Positions 53,477 to 64,000 of a stretch of DNA of 64,000 nucleotides are shown piece after piece (position 1 is the first letter of the stretch; each line of letters starts with the position of its first letter). The stretch comes from Eledone cirrhosa (lineage: Eukaryota). The DNA is taken from NCBI GenBank assembly GCA_964016885.1, contig OZ024742.1:138508001-138572000 (forward strand), written 5' to 3'. The position numbers and the translations under genes are program-made. The notes under the pieces are model-generated. The model ran no database searches. It saw nothing but the letters and a program-made list of their open reading frames with translations, and was not told where the DNA came from.

Positions 53477-53698
53477 GGGGCGGTGGAATGGCAGTATCGG
53501 TAGAGGGTCGGACGCCATGCCTTGCAGCATAGAGTTACGGCCCTTTATGATCTGAGTTCAAATCCTACCGAGGTTAACTTTACCTTTCATCCTTATGAGG
53601 TCCATAAAAAATGTACCAGTCACGCACTGGGGTCGATTCAATCGACGTTCTTCTGCCCCCAAATTGCTGGCCTTGTGCCTATAGTAGAAATCACTATT
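53477..53698 (+). mobile_element. tRNA-derived SINE, older long variant
   Basis: Consensus head plus extra ggggtcgattcaatcgac...cccccaaattgctggcc segment. Confidence 0.88.
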
Positions 53699-54363
53699 AT
53701 GGTCATTTGTGCTGAGATGTCCACATTTTAAATTTCAAATTTATATTTTCGTGTGTTGTGTTTGTATACACCTTTCTCTTTTCCACATGTGTTCAAAATA
53801 ACACAGCAAATATAGTAGCTTTGTTAGCTTTTACTTCACACCCTGACACATGATGGAGTATTATTTTGGGATTCTTTAGTAGTATAATTCTTTTTGTTTT
53901 CGTTTTTTTTTCTATGTAAATATATACGTATGTACTTACGTGAATATGTATGTACTGTTTAATTTTTTTTATCTTAATGTATGAATGTGTGTTTATACGT
54001 ATATATGTTACTTTTGTTGATGATGTAATTATTTTGTTTTTCGTTTTGTTTTCCTTTGTGTTAAATGATTAAAAATTATATTTTATATGATTAATTTATT
54101 CAGTCTTATAAACATGATATAACAACGACAATTATCACTATCAACAGCAGTAGCAGCAGAAACAACATCAACATCAATTTATACTAAATATATTTCTTTA
54201 CAAATATCGTTATCGTTAGAAATATCGTCATTGTTATCATCTTCCTCATCATCTACAATATATATATATATATATATCCATATATATATATATATGTGTG
54301 TGTCTGTGTGTGTGTGTATGTGTAAACATTACTTTTTTATCATTATTGCTAACATACCAACCC

Positions 54364-54484
54364 CATCATGATCACCCTTTTCTTCCTCTTTCTCCTCCTC
54401 CTTCTCCTCCTACCCCTCCTTCTCCTCCTCCTTTTCCTCCACCATCTCCTTTTCCCCCTCCTTCTCCTCATCGTCGTCGTCGTT

Positions 54485-54516
<32 letters not shown>

Positions 54517-54518
54517 GA
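54364..54518. repeat. (CCT)n/(CAT)n low-complexity tract
   Basis: Trinucleotide arrays giving spurious poly-P/poly-H ORFs. Confidence 0.9.
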
Positions 54519-55584
54519 TCTTGATCTTTAAGTCGATAGTTGTAGAAAGAAAAGCGATTTAAAGAAAATGAAAACAAAGAAGAAAATCATGCGATTATGA
54601 TACCATAAAACAGTTTTAATAATGTCAGATTTATCATTCTATAAATAACATTTCTCTGCATAGTTTCTCATACGATAACATTTGACAGATTGCATAGTGT
54701 ATTTCGGTAGAAACCAGTGTCTATATCATATGTCGACTAATTATTGATTTGCCCGTAGCGACAACATTTATGGTGCTCTACTTCTAGATGACTGGATAAT
54801 ATACCAAGAGATAAAATCCCCAATTTCCAATTCTGATTTGTCAACCATGAAAATTTGCAACATGCCGGATACGAGTATATAAAAAGAAGTTTTACTCTAT
54901 GGGCGAGAAAGAATGACATTCTCTGAATAAATTTAAAGTGGTTTTGCTCCAGTATTGATTCCAGTACATACGTAAATTCCTTCACAAGGTCAAATTATTT
55001 CTATATGAAATGACGATAGGGCTACACGAATCGCAGAATGTAGGATGAACTGAATGAATGAATAAAGTGATGAACTACTTATTTATGAAACGTAGATTAG
55101 TAGACCTAAATATTTATAGATCACAATATTATCTAAGAGCACATAATTTAAGCTAGATGATTTTGTGAGAGAAAGTTTGTATCTCTTGTATATTTCCATT
55201 ACATTGTATCTAGAATGTATATATATAATATATATATAAAATTAAATAGCTCTGTTTTATACATAGAGCACTCTTTTTTCCTTTGCGTTTTCTTCGGAAA
55301 TACTTAACACATATATATAAAGAGAGAGAGAGAGAGAGAGAGTGAGAGAGAAAGAGCGAGAGAGAAAGAGAGAGAGGGGGAGAGAGAGAGAATGAGAGAG
55401 TGTGTGTGTCCGTGTATCTAGATTGCAATGATTGTATATATGTATCTGTTGTGAAACGAGAAAGGAAATGTGGCTTTGATATTTTTAATCACACACACAA
55501 AAAAAGTATGTTCCATGGGTCAATGAATGAAGATAGTAGTAGAAAAAATAAGGAGCCCTAACACACACATGCAGTCTCTCTCAC

Positions 55585-55651
<67 letters not shown>

Positions 55652-55747
55652 AATCTCTCTCTTTCTCTGCCTCACACACACACAGATGCATGATATATAT
55701 ATATACGATATTAAACAAATGGAAACTATATTTATAAAACCATATTT

Positions 55748-55811
55748 ATTTCATTATACATATTTCAGGGATACCATATTAAAAATATGGCATGCCTTCG
55801 TCAGATAAAAT
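55748..55811 (-). ncRNA. Type I hammerhead motif (left arm)
   Basis: Reverse complement of 55961-56024. Confidence 0.8.
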
Positions 55812-55960
55812 ACAATATATAAACAGTTTTATAAATAATTTTGACGTACCATAAATATAAGCGACCATTAAGATAGGAAGCTGGCTTGGTAGATCCTATC
55901 TTAATGGTCGCTTATATTTATGGTACGTCAAAATTATTTATAAAACTGTTTATATATTGT

Positions 55961-56024
55961 ATTTTATCTGACGAAGGCATGCCATATTTTTAATATGGTA
56001 TCCCTGAAATATGTATAATGAAAT
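55961..56024 (+). ncRNA. Type I hammerhead motif (right arm)
   Basis: attttat-CTGACGA-agg c atgccatatt(ttt)aatatggtat c cct-GAA-atatgtat-A-atgaaat. Confidence 0.8.
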
Positions 56025-56153
56025 AAATATGGTTTTATAAATATAGTTTCCATTTGTTTAATATCGTATATCTACTCCAAAAACTTGTCGAGTGCTTTAT
56101 ATCGGTTATAAAATATTTATTTGTTGTAACCCAACAATTTTAAATAAAACTTT

Positions 56154-56239
<86 letters not shown>

Positions 56240-56244
<5 letters not shown>

Positions 56245-57090
56245 AAGGCATGTATTGAGTTAGAAACTCAAAATAGTCTCATTACAGTAAATTAGCTCTA
56301 GGAAAGAGGTTTTTCTGAGCCGTATAGTATAACTAAACAAAAAAGAAAACGAACACAGACATATACATATATGTGTTCAAATCGTAATGGACCAGAATCG
56401 CCAAGGTGAAAAAAATACTAACTACAGACAATAGGGTTTGCCAGACTCAATTTAAAAATAAATCAAGAAAAATAAATACAAACTATAATTGTGGTAACAA
56501 CCGAACACCCGGACAGTTTTGATAAAACTGTTTCGCAATATTATTTGTGAAAAGGAGTACCAAAGTCCCAAGCTCATCAGCGGTTATACTATACGGCTCG
56601 GAAAAAGCTCTTTCCGAGAGCTAATTTATTGTAATGAGACTATTTTGAGTTTCTACCTCAATACATGCCTTTGATATATTCCGTTCCGTTGATTCGTCGT
56701 GCTAATTCAAATGTAGAGTAAACTCGGCTGCTATTTTTAGTGGCCTGAGTGTGCGAGACAGGCTAAGTTAGAGAACCATGTGCGTTACATACACTATCCA
56801 GTTTTTTATTAGATTTAGACGTGATCAGGATACTAATTTCTTCACCAGCTGATGAGCTTGGGACTTTGGTACTCCTTTTCACAAATAATATTGTAAAACA
56901 GTTTTATCAAAACTGCCCGGGTGTTCGGTTGTTACCACAATTATGGTTTGTATTTATTTTTCTTGATTTATTCTTAAATTGAGTCTGGCAAACCCTATTG
57001 TCTGTAGTTAGTATTTCTTTCACCTTAGGGATTCTGGTGCATTACGATTTGAACACATATGTCTGTGCTCGTTTTTCGTTTTTGTTCAGT

Positions 57091-57093
<3 letters not shown>
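56240..57093. mobile_element. Interleaved inverted repeats A-B-A'-x-B' carrying an HHR
   Basis: A 56240-56332 / A' 56583-56676; B 56330-56581 / B' 56849-57093; (TA)n on both sides. Confidence 0.85.
56510..56583 (-). ncRNA. Type I hammerhead motif with long stem III
   Basis: Minus strand: ccg-CTGATGA-gc...gc-GAA-acagtttt(atc)aaaactgt-C-cgg with GUC triplet. The + copy at 56844-56923 has lost GAAA and GUC. Confidence 0.72.
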
Positions 57094-57158
<65 letters not shown>

Positions 57159-57361
57159 TGTATAGGTACATACATATATGTGTTCAGACGCACAGTAGTA
57201 TGTATATATATACATACATGCACACATATATATATATATGTACTTATGGGTTTACCGAACATTTATTGTAATGTTCGGTTTGTTTGTAAACAAACAGCCC
57301 GAATTACGCCGTACAGTGCTCGGCAACCATCGTCGCCCTTTTGTTCAACACTGACACAGGA

Positions 57362-57404
57362 ACGATGTACTAGTTTCAAGCTTATTAGCTATCGTCAGCA
57401 TAGT
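57362..57404 (-). ncRNA. Minimal type I hammerhead motif (unit 1)
   Basis: Minus strand: actatg-CTGACGA-t agct(aata)agct t-GAA-actagt-A-catcgt. Confidence 0.75.
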
Positions 57405-57785
57405 ATACCTTTCTGTCAGATGCTGAAAGTATATACTTTCCTTATGCATATTAACGGCTGAGCAGCCTAATTTGCATATCGAGTGAGTTAGTCGGCCGGG
57501 TGCACCGAAAACGATAAATGGAAAAGAATGAAACGAAATTTCATTTCTCACTCTTAGTACGACTGATACTTAAATATAAGTATGTATACGTACAAACATA
57601 TATGTGTACAGACGCACAGTAGTATTTATATATATACATACATGCACACATATATATATATATGTACGTATGGGTTTACCGAACATTTATTGTAATGTTC
57701 GGTTTGTTTGTAAACAAACAGCCTCAATTACGCCGTACAGTGTTCGGCAACCATCGTCGCCCTTTTGTTCAACACTGACACAGGA

Positions 57786-57828
57786 ACGATGTACTAGTTT
57801 CAAGCTTATTAGCTATCGTCAGCATCGT
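57786..57828 (-). ncRNA. Minimal type I hammerhead motif (unit 2)
   Basis: Minus strand: acgatg-CTGACGA-t agct(aata)agct t-GAA-actagt-A-catcgt; perfect 6-bp stem I, palindromic stem III. Confidence 0.8.
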
Positions 57829-58014
57829 ATACCTTTCTGTTAGATGATTGAACGTTTGAAAGTATATACTTTCCTTATGCATATTAACGGCTGAGCAACC
57901 TAATTTGCATATCGAGTGAGTTAGTCAGCCGGGCGGACTGAAAACGATAAATGGAAAAGAATGAAACGAAATTTCATTTCTCACTCTTAGTACGGCTGAT
58001 ACCTAAATATAATT

Positions 58015-58054
58015 ATGCTGACGATCTCTAATAAGCTTGAAACTAGTACATCGT
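58015..58054 (+). ncRNA. Hammerhead motif of the inverted unit, stem II damaged
   Basis: atg-CTGACGA-tctct aata agctt-GAA-actagt-A-cat. Confidence 0.55.
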
Positions 58055-58186
58055 TCCTGTGTCAGTGTTGAACACAAGGGCGACGATGGTTTCCGAGCAC
58101 TGTACGGCGTAATTCGGGCTGTTTGTTTACAAACAAACCGAACATTACAATAAATGTTCGGTAAACCCATACGTACTTATATATGA

Positions 58187-60388
58187 TAATGAAATTATTG
58201 TGTACAGTGCTCAGGTGCACTACAACTCATCAAAGGTGCATGTATAGTACATAGAATAATGTACAAATGTCAGGAAAATAAACAGTGTATGAGTCATGAT
58301 ATAATAACAATAACAATAATGAAATATTGTGTACAGTGCCCAGATGCACCACAACTCATCAAAAAAGTGCATGTACAGTACATAGGGCAATGCACAAACA
58401 TCAGTAAAATGAACAGTGCACGAGTCATGATACACACATGTGTGCATGTGTATGGAAGGGGTACATCAGGTGTAGTTTTGGCGTATTTCGGGAAGCATGA
58501 GTGTCTTAAAGGATGCAGTGTCTCGGCAGCTAACAATTGACGCAGGCAGTTTGTTCCATGCTTCAGCAACTCTGAGCGTGAAAAAATGTCTGCGAAAGTC
58601 ATGGGAGCTGTGCTGTTTTCTTATCTTGTAGGCATGTCCACGTGTGTTAGACACATGGAGATCAAAGAGGCGCTCAGGGTTGCAGTTGGCGAGATGGTTA
58701 AAAACTTTGTGGGCATTCACCAAGTCCATTGCCAGACGTCGGAGCTTCAATGAATCCATGCCCAGGGAAGCAAGGCGTTCAGAGTATGGTAGGTGTCTGA
58801 TGGAGGGTATGCGCTTGGTTGCACGTCTCTGAACAGTTTCCAGGAGGTCAATGTTCCGAGCAAGATAGGGGTTCCAGACTGATGATGCGAATTCCAAGTG
58901 TGGTCGCACCATAGCTGTATACAGTTTTAAATAGATGGCTGGAGAGTGGCTAACAAAGGTCTTGCTGAGTGATGCCAAGACACCCTCGGCCTTCTTGACA
59001 ATCTTAGAGACATGCTTTGTCCAACGCAAATCGTTGCTGACAGTAATGCCCAGGTCACGTTCACAAGAGGACTTTTTGATGTCAGTGTTGTGGAGGGAGT
59101 ATGTGGACGCTGGATTTTTCCTTCCAAAATGCATGGTGGTACACTTGTCCACAGCCAGCTTCAGTTGCCAGTCTGTGATCCATTGCTGCATTGTGTCCAG
59201 GTCTGATTGTAGGAAAGAGTTGTAAATTTCAGGATCAGTCCTTTTGATTTCAAGGTACAGCTTGATGTCATCTGCATATTTTAGTACCGTGGCATTCTGT
59301 AAGTTGGCATCTATGTCATTAATATATGCCACAAACAAAAGAGGACCAAGAACAGATCCCTGTGGTACACCAGATGACATCTCATATGGTGAAGAATGCT
59401 GTCCTAGAACCGTGACTACTTCCTTTCGGCTGAGAATGAAGGATTTCAGCCAGTCGAAAAGATCATCCCTCACACCCATTGCAGAGAGTTTTGCCATAAG
59501 TCTTTTGTGTGGCACAGAATTAAAAGCCTTAGCAAAGTCAAGGTAAACAACATCCACCCATGAGCCACTGTCAGTGATCCGGGTGATGTCCTCAAGAAAC
59601 TCGATAAGCTGATCACAGCAGCTGGAGTTAGGGATAAATCCAAACTGTGAGGGCCGGATGAGGCTGTGAGAGCTCCAGAATTTCCAAAGTGTTTCTCTGA
59701 CACAGGATTCCATCAGTTTGGCCATACAGCTAGTAAGACTGACTGGACGATAGTTGACAGGTGACATGCGGTTGCCCTTTTTGAACAGGGGAATGACACT
59801 GGCAGTTTTCCACTGCTCCGGAGTAGCACCATTGCTGAGACAGTATTGAAAGAAAAAAGAAAGCTGGCGCAAAAGGAAATCCCCGCCACGTTTGAGAAGC
59901 AGGTATGTCACACCATCAAGACCAGGGGAGGCATAGTTGCGCTTATTCTTAAGGTGACGTCGCAACATTGCAGGTGTAAATTCCATAGTTGTTATGGAAT
60001 TTGATGTTAGAGATGGTGGAGATGGTACATTCTGGTTTTCAACAGTAAAAATACTTGCATAGCACTCAGCAATGAGTTCTGCGCATTCCTTGGGATCGTC
60101 AGTGATCTGGCTTGTGTGGGGATTGCGAAGAGGACCAACTGGAGAGTGAGGTCTCTGCTTTGAATGAACATATTTCCAGAACACCTTACTGTCAGGATTG
60201 GTTGCGATGCACTGTTCAAATTCAAGCACCGCCTTCTTTGTCACTTGCTTGAGATGGTTAGAAGATTTATTCCGCTTTTTTCTGTTGGCATCTGATCTAT
60301 GCAGTTTATATTCCCGTTCAGCGTTCCGACGTTCTTTCCTGGCAAGTCGGACCGCTGAAGTTTCCCAGATTGCACTTCTGGGGTGGTT
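58187..60388 (-). mobile_element. CR1-clade LINE, 5'-truncated, young
   Basis: Uninterrupted RT frame and ~280-bp 3' UTR with an internal duplication (58198-58255 vs 58326-58385); inserted into the inverted HHR repeat. Confidence 0.93.
58466..60388 (-). CDS. CR1 reverse transcriptase (partial ORF2, no APE domain, no native start)
   Basis: 'ASPGLDG', 'NYRPVSLTS', 'VDVVYLDFAKAFNSVPH', 'GVPQGSVLGPLLF', 'YADDIK', 'LYTAMVRPHLEF', 'TRGH..K', 'FFTLRVAEAWNKLP'. Confidence 0.92.
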   Translation of the reverse strand, partial: NHPRSAIWETSAVRLARKERRNAEREYKLHRSDANRKKRNKSSNHLKQVTKKAVLEFEQCIATNPDSKVFWKYVHSKQRPHSPVGPLRNPHTSQITDDPKECAELIAECYASIFTVENQNVPSPPSLTSNSITTMEFTPAMLRRHLKNKRNYASPGLDGVTYLLLKRGGDFLLRQLSFFFQYCLSNGATPEQWKTASVIPLFKKGNRMSPVNYRPVSLTSCMAKLMESCVRETLWKFWSSHSLIRPSQFGFIPNSSCCDQLIEFLEDITRITDSGSWVDVVYLDFAKAFNSVPHKRLMAKLSAMGVRDDLFDWLKSFILSRKEVVTVLGQHSSPYEMSSGVPQGSVLGPLLFVAYINDIDANLQNATVLKYADDIKLYLEIKRTDPEIYNSFLQSDLDTMQQWITDWQLKLAVDKCTTMHFGRKNPASTYSLHNTDIKKSSCERDLGITVSNDLRWTKHVSKIVKKAEGVLASLSKTFVSHSPAIYLKLYTAMVRPHLEFASSVWNPYLARNIDLLETVQRRATKRIPSIRHLPYSERLASLGMDSLKLRRLAMDLVNAHKVFNHLANCNPERLFDLHVSNTRGHAYKIRKQHSSHDFRRHFFTLRVAEAWNKLPASIVSCRDTASFKTLMLPEIRQNYT

Positions 60389-60520
60389 ATTTGTGTGCAT
60401 GCATGTATATATATACATACTACAGTGCGTCTGTACACATATTTGTATGTACGTATACATACTTATATTTAGGTATCAGCCGTATTAAGAGTGAGAAATG
60501 AAATTTCGTTTCATTCTTTT

Positions 60521-60555
<35 letters not shown>

Positions 60556-60556
<1 letters not shown>

Positions 60557-60950
60557 GAGGGCAATCCCAAAAGTAAGGTCTCCTTCCGATATTGCAACTT
60601 CCGATATTTCAACTTTTCCGTTAAAATCCTGTGGATGGTGTTTCAGTAAACCTCAGGAACCAAAATGCAGAGAGCATCCAGAGTGATCTGCCGATCTTTA
60701 CGTATGTTTTCCTCGGAAGGAGACCTTACTTTTGGGATTGCCCTCTATATAATAACTGCGTGAAATTCGCACTTGGCGGTAGCGATCAACGGGAGCTCCA
60801 TTCTCAACGGCTGCCAAGCCAAGATTGAGCACCCCAGCGAAGCGCGCACATGCTTGTTTGGGAGTGTAGGAAGCAACAGTGTTGCTAACAGCCGTACGAA
60901 CAGTTTCTCTGCGTCTCCATCGCTTTGGAGACCTTACTTTTGGGATTACC

Positions 60951-60954
<4 letters not shown>
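60556..60954. mobile_element. Mariner-type MITE with three TIR copies
   Basis: TIR cgagggcaatcccaaaagtaaggtctcc (60556-60583), inverted at 60719-60746 and 60927-60954; embedded in (TA)n. Confidence 0.8.
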
Positions 60955-61045
<91 letters not shown>

Positions 61046-61079
61046 GTATGTATATTATATACATACATATTGATTCAAG

Positions 61080-62580
61080 ACAAAAAACGAGGATAATACT
61101 TGAAATGATTTTATTAAACTCTACGTTTGTTTCAATCTTAATGAGATTAGATAACAATAAAATATCCCCAGGAAACCAATATAAGACCAGGAGAATGCAT
61201 GTTCCCCATCCCTTACAAAAATCCCCACCAATGCTCAATAAATTATAAATATTCAAAAGTCTGTTTTCTAAAAGTATATATATACAAGGCAGTTGATTAG
61301 ACGGGCAAAGGAAAACGTGAGTTTTTAAGCATCATGCTATTAGATTAAAGTCATAAATGGTGTAGTATAAGGCGTTATTGCTCCAAGCTATAGTTTATAT
61401 ACATATATATATACAGTTTATATATATAAACACAAATATATTTTTGACTTATTATGTTATTATTTTGTTGTTCAAATTTAAAAAAAAACATTACGTTATT
61501 ATGACAACGTGTATTCAGCATACCCGACTGACTAAAGCGGTGTCAAATTAAAAATAGTAATATTCAATTAAATGTGGGCCAAAAATATGTATGCTCACTA
61601 TAGAATATGTTCGAGGGTAACCTGCGCTATAAGTGTATACAGGGTTATTTACAGGTTACATCTAAGAATCTATATGTAAAATAAACTTCTGTGTAGGCCT
61701 ACATAAAGTTATAGACAAAACCTGAGTGGACTTAATTTTAATGTTAATCATATATGGCTTGAATGTCTAATATAAAAAGAAGTATGATGTTTATTAAAGA
61801 TATAAGCAGAAGAGGGTGATAAAGTTAATTCAGAGCTTAATTTTAAATTAATATTAAATTGTTTATTAAATTATTTATTTATAATAGCATAACAAATAGA
61901 ATTTCTATGTGGGCAGATTGAAACTATTTCAGATTTCCTTTTCAACAACTCTAGATTTGACTTAGTTATCAAGAGGCACTCTGGCAAACATAGTTGCATT
62001 TTGGGCTACCAGGCTAATAAATTTTGCGGTTTTCAAATGAGACCAAGATAGGGAGTATGTGATACTTGCAGTTTTCAAATACTACAGGTAACTAGCAAAC
62101 TAGGTATAATTCCTCTGTTTTACATTCTTAAAAGAGTGGAAGTAGCATTTGGTGTAGAAACAGGGCACCTATATACTATATTAGATATAAGACAATTACC
62201 AGCAAGGAGACAACATTGCGTTTGCCTACAATTACAGTTATATTTAGCTATTGAGATAGCAGGAGTATTAATATTATTTAACTGATCTGAACTTAGTTAC
62301 GCTTAGTTACCTGCGTTTTCATTTTGGTAGAATCAACTTTATTGTCTGATATTAAACTACAAATTATGTGCTGTTGAGGACGTTTGATAGTATTTTGTTT
62401 AACAGTTTGTGGTATGTATGTGATTGTGTAAAATTGTTATTAATTATACTAAAGAACAATTTATGTTTATTTGAAGCTATATGCTTACTATGTAGTGATT
62501 TAAACCAGGTTGGGGGCCCTCTACGGTTAGTTTTATTGCCTAAATTTGAGGTGCTACTATCTAGTAGTTGTAAGTTGTGC
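61080..62580 (-). mobile_element. PLE 3' fragment, decayed
   Basis: Minus strand gives 'LAGNCLISNIVYRC' (~62210-62165) and 'LCLPECLLITKSNLELLKRKSEIVSICPHRN' (~62000-61900). Confidence 0.68.
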
Positions 62581-62639
62581 GAATGATGACGGGTGTCCCG
62601 TTCATTATATTTGCTATGATCTCAAGTCTTAGATCTCAT

Positions 62640-63063
62640 GACTTAGATCTCAAGTCATGAATTCAGATTGTACATCAGATAGAACCACCAGGTATACAAC
62701 AAAGAATTGCGCGTGCATATGCATCAGTCCTCGGCCTCTCGCCTCGTAGCCATCCGCCATATGCGCTGGTACTGGCATTCCCTCTACCTGCCACCAGGTG
62801 ATCCTACCAGAGCATTCGACGCAGTCGCTACAGGCTGGAAGATGGAAGAGGCTCCACGGCAGGCCCCACACCATATGACTGGATGTTATCAAGGAAGATC
62901 CTCAGAGGCTCCAAGTCAACTTGGGGCATGTCGAAGAGTAGTCAGAAGACAGCCAACAATTAAGGCCACTGGTGGACCTGGTTGGTTCTACGCATCATGA
63001 TGCATCTTGAACCACTGACCTAGGATGAACCCCAGCTCATCAAGCAAGACCAAGAAGAAGAAT
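62640..63063 (+). mobile_element. RTE-like LINE 3' fragment with (GAA)n tail
   Basis: 'RHMRWYWH..LPPGDPTRA...GWK', then in a shifted frame 'RLHGRPHTI*LDVIKED'; tail caagaagaagaa. Confidence 0.7.
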
Positions 63064-63489
63064 TATCAGCCTATTCTTGGAGTCTCAGTCATAGATGTTA
63101 TTTAACTGGAAATTTTGTTCAAATGAACATCAAGCCGCTACCTGCAGTCTCAGATATTCATGACGTATCGAAGGGTTCTTGCTGTTCCAACCAAACATGA
63201 CTTTTGAAATGTTCCAAAAAAGGGGACACGATTAATGTTCTTTAATCAACCTTGAAAACTCATTATTATTATTATTATTATTATTGGTCTAAGCGGACGT
63301 ATTTTGCTCGCTCACAGTAAGTCGCTTTATTTGCCTGTTTAAATTATTTGTTGTTAAATATTTCTTGTTGTGTAAGGGATATAAGCCCTTAGACTTTGCC
63401 CCGTGAAGGGGAAAGTATAATATTTGGGCCTTTTGGCCCAAATATTTGAACTTTTTTTTACATGTTAAAAAATTTACGAAGAAAAAAAA

Positions 63490-64000
63490 ACATGGTTGAG
63501 CCACGCCCCCGCGCGATATGTCGGCTGTCGTGCGACAACGACGTTGAAGTTGAGAGGAGCGCTACAGCGAAATTAACACACATTGATAACACAAACACCA
63601 CCACAAACAAGGTAAACAAAGACACCAATGATACCAATAAGAACTCTAATTTTGAAAAAAATGACAGTAACAGCGACAACGAAAATACAGATAACAAAAA
63701 AAAAAATAACAAATACAACAACAATATCAACACCACTAACATGAAAAAAAATAGCGACAACACCAACAGCAGCAATACCAACTGCACCGAGAACAACGGT
63801 GGCAACAAAGACAACAATGATAACAGCGACAGTGCTAACAACAACACCAACAAGAACAACGTCAACAACACCCCCAACGAAAACAAGATCACTTTCGCTG
63901 CGGTAGCAGCAAAAAAAGAGACCATGCTTCAACATGGACCTCTCAAACAAAGATGAAAAGTTGGCCCAGGCATGGCAGCTCATCAAGCAAGAGCAAACTT
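63490..64000 (+). mobile_element. L1/Tx1-like LINE 5' end (ORF1 N-terminus), runs off the window
   Basis: GC-rich leader similar to 35565-35480 (-), Asn/Thr-rich ORF, then shifted-frame 'WTSQTKMKSW'-region DNA (aaagatgaaaagttggcccaggcatggcagctcatcaagcaagag = KDEKLAQAWQLIKQE) homologous to 'KEDRLVHGWKLIKRE' at ~35085-35040. Confidence 0.65.

Larger units (their letters stand above)
55701..56158. mobile_element. HHR-bearing fold-back element, copy 2
   Basis: Apparently perfect 178-bp arms (55701-55878, 55894-56071), 15-nt loop; right arm continues to (TA)n. Homologous to 18565-19286. Confidence 0.88.
57155..58185. repeat. 424-bp tandem repeat with one HHR per unit, plus an inverted partial unit (retrozyme/pLTR-like)
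   Basis: Units ~57155-57580 and ~57580-58012; inverted copy 58015-58185 resumes at 60390-60525 beyond the CR1. Confidence 0.88.

Noticed and set aside
60389-60460. N-terminus (MYTYIQICVQ...) of the 664-aa ORF as a real start or fusion
   Set aside because: It derives from the flanking HHR repeat and is in frame with the truncated CR1 by chance.

Overview
AT-rich, microsatellite-dense animal DNA with no recognisable host protein-coding gene. The SINE, RTE, CR1 and Penelope-like content looks like an octopod cephalopod (inference). The window is a mosaic of mobile elements: a hAT (Charlie/Buster-type) transposon, a DD37D (maT) Tc1/mariner element, two mariner-type MITEs, two non-autonomous Helitrons, a near full-length RTE LINE with C-terminal C2H2 fingers plus RTE fragments, a young 5'-truncated CR1 with an open RT frame, two L1/Tx1-like 5' ends, about 15 copies of a tRNA-derived SINE, and six Penelope-like (PLE) 3' fragments, five with recognisable GIY-YIG remnants. 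The most striking hidden layer is RNA structure. Reading both strands by eye gives about 13 well-formed type I hammerhead ribozyme (HHR) motifs from several unrelated families, plus degenerate ones. They sit in (TA)n-anchored fold-back palindromes and in a 424-bp tandem repeat resembling a non-LTR retrozyme, and many share a non-canonical first pair in stem II. A separate fold-back element holds two convergent tRNA-like Pol III units. All calls are by eye, no searches were run, and boundaries of degraded elements are approximate.
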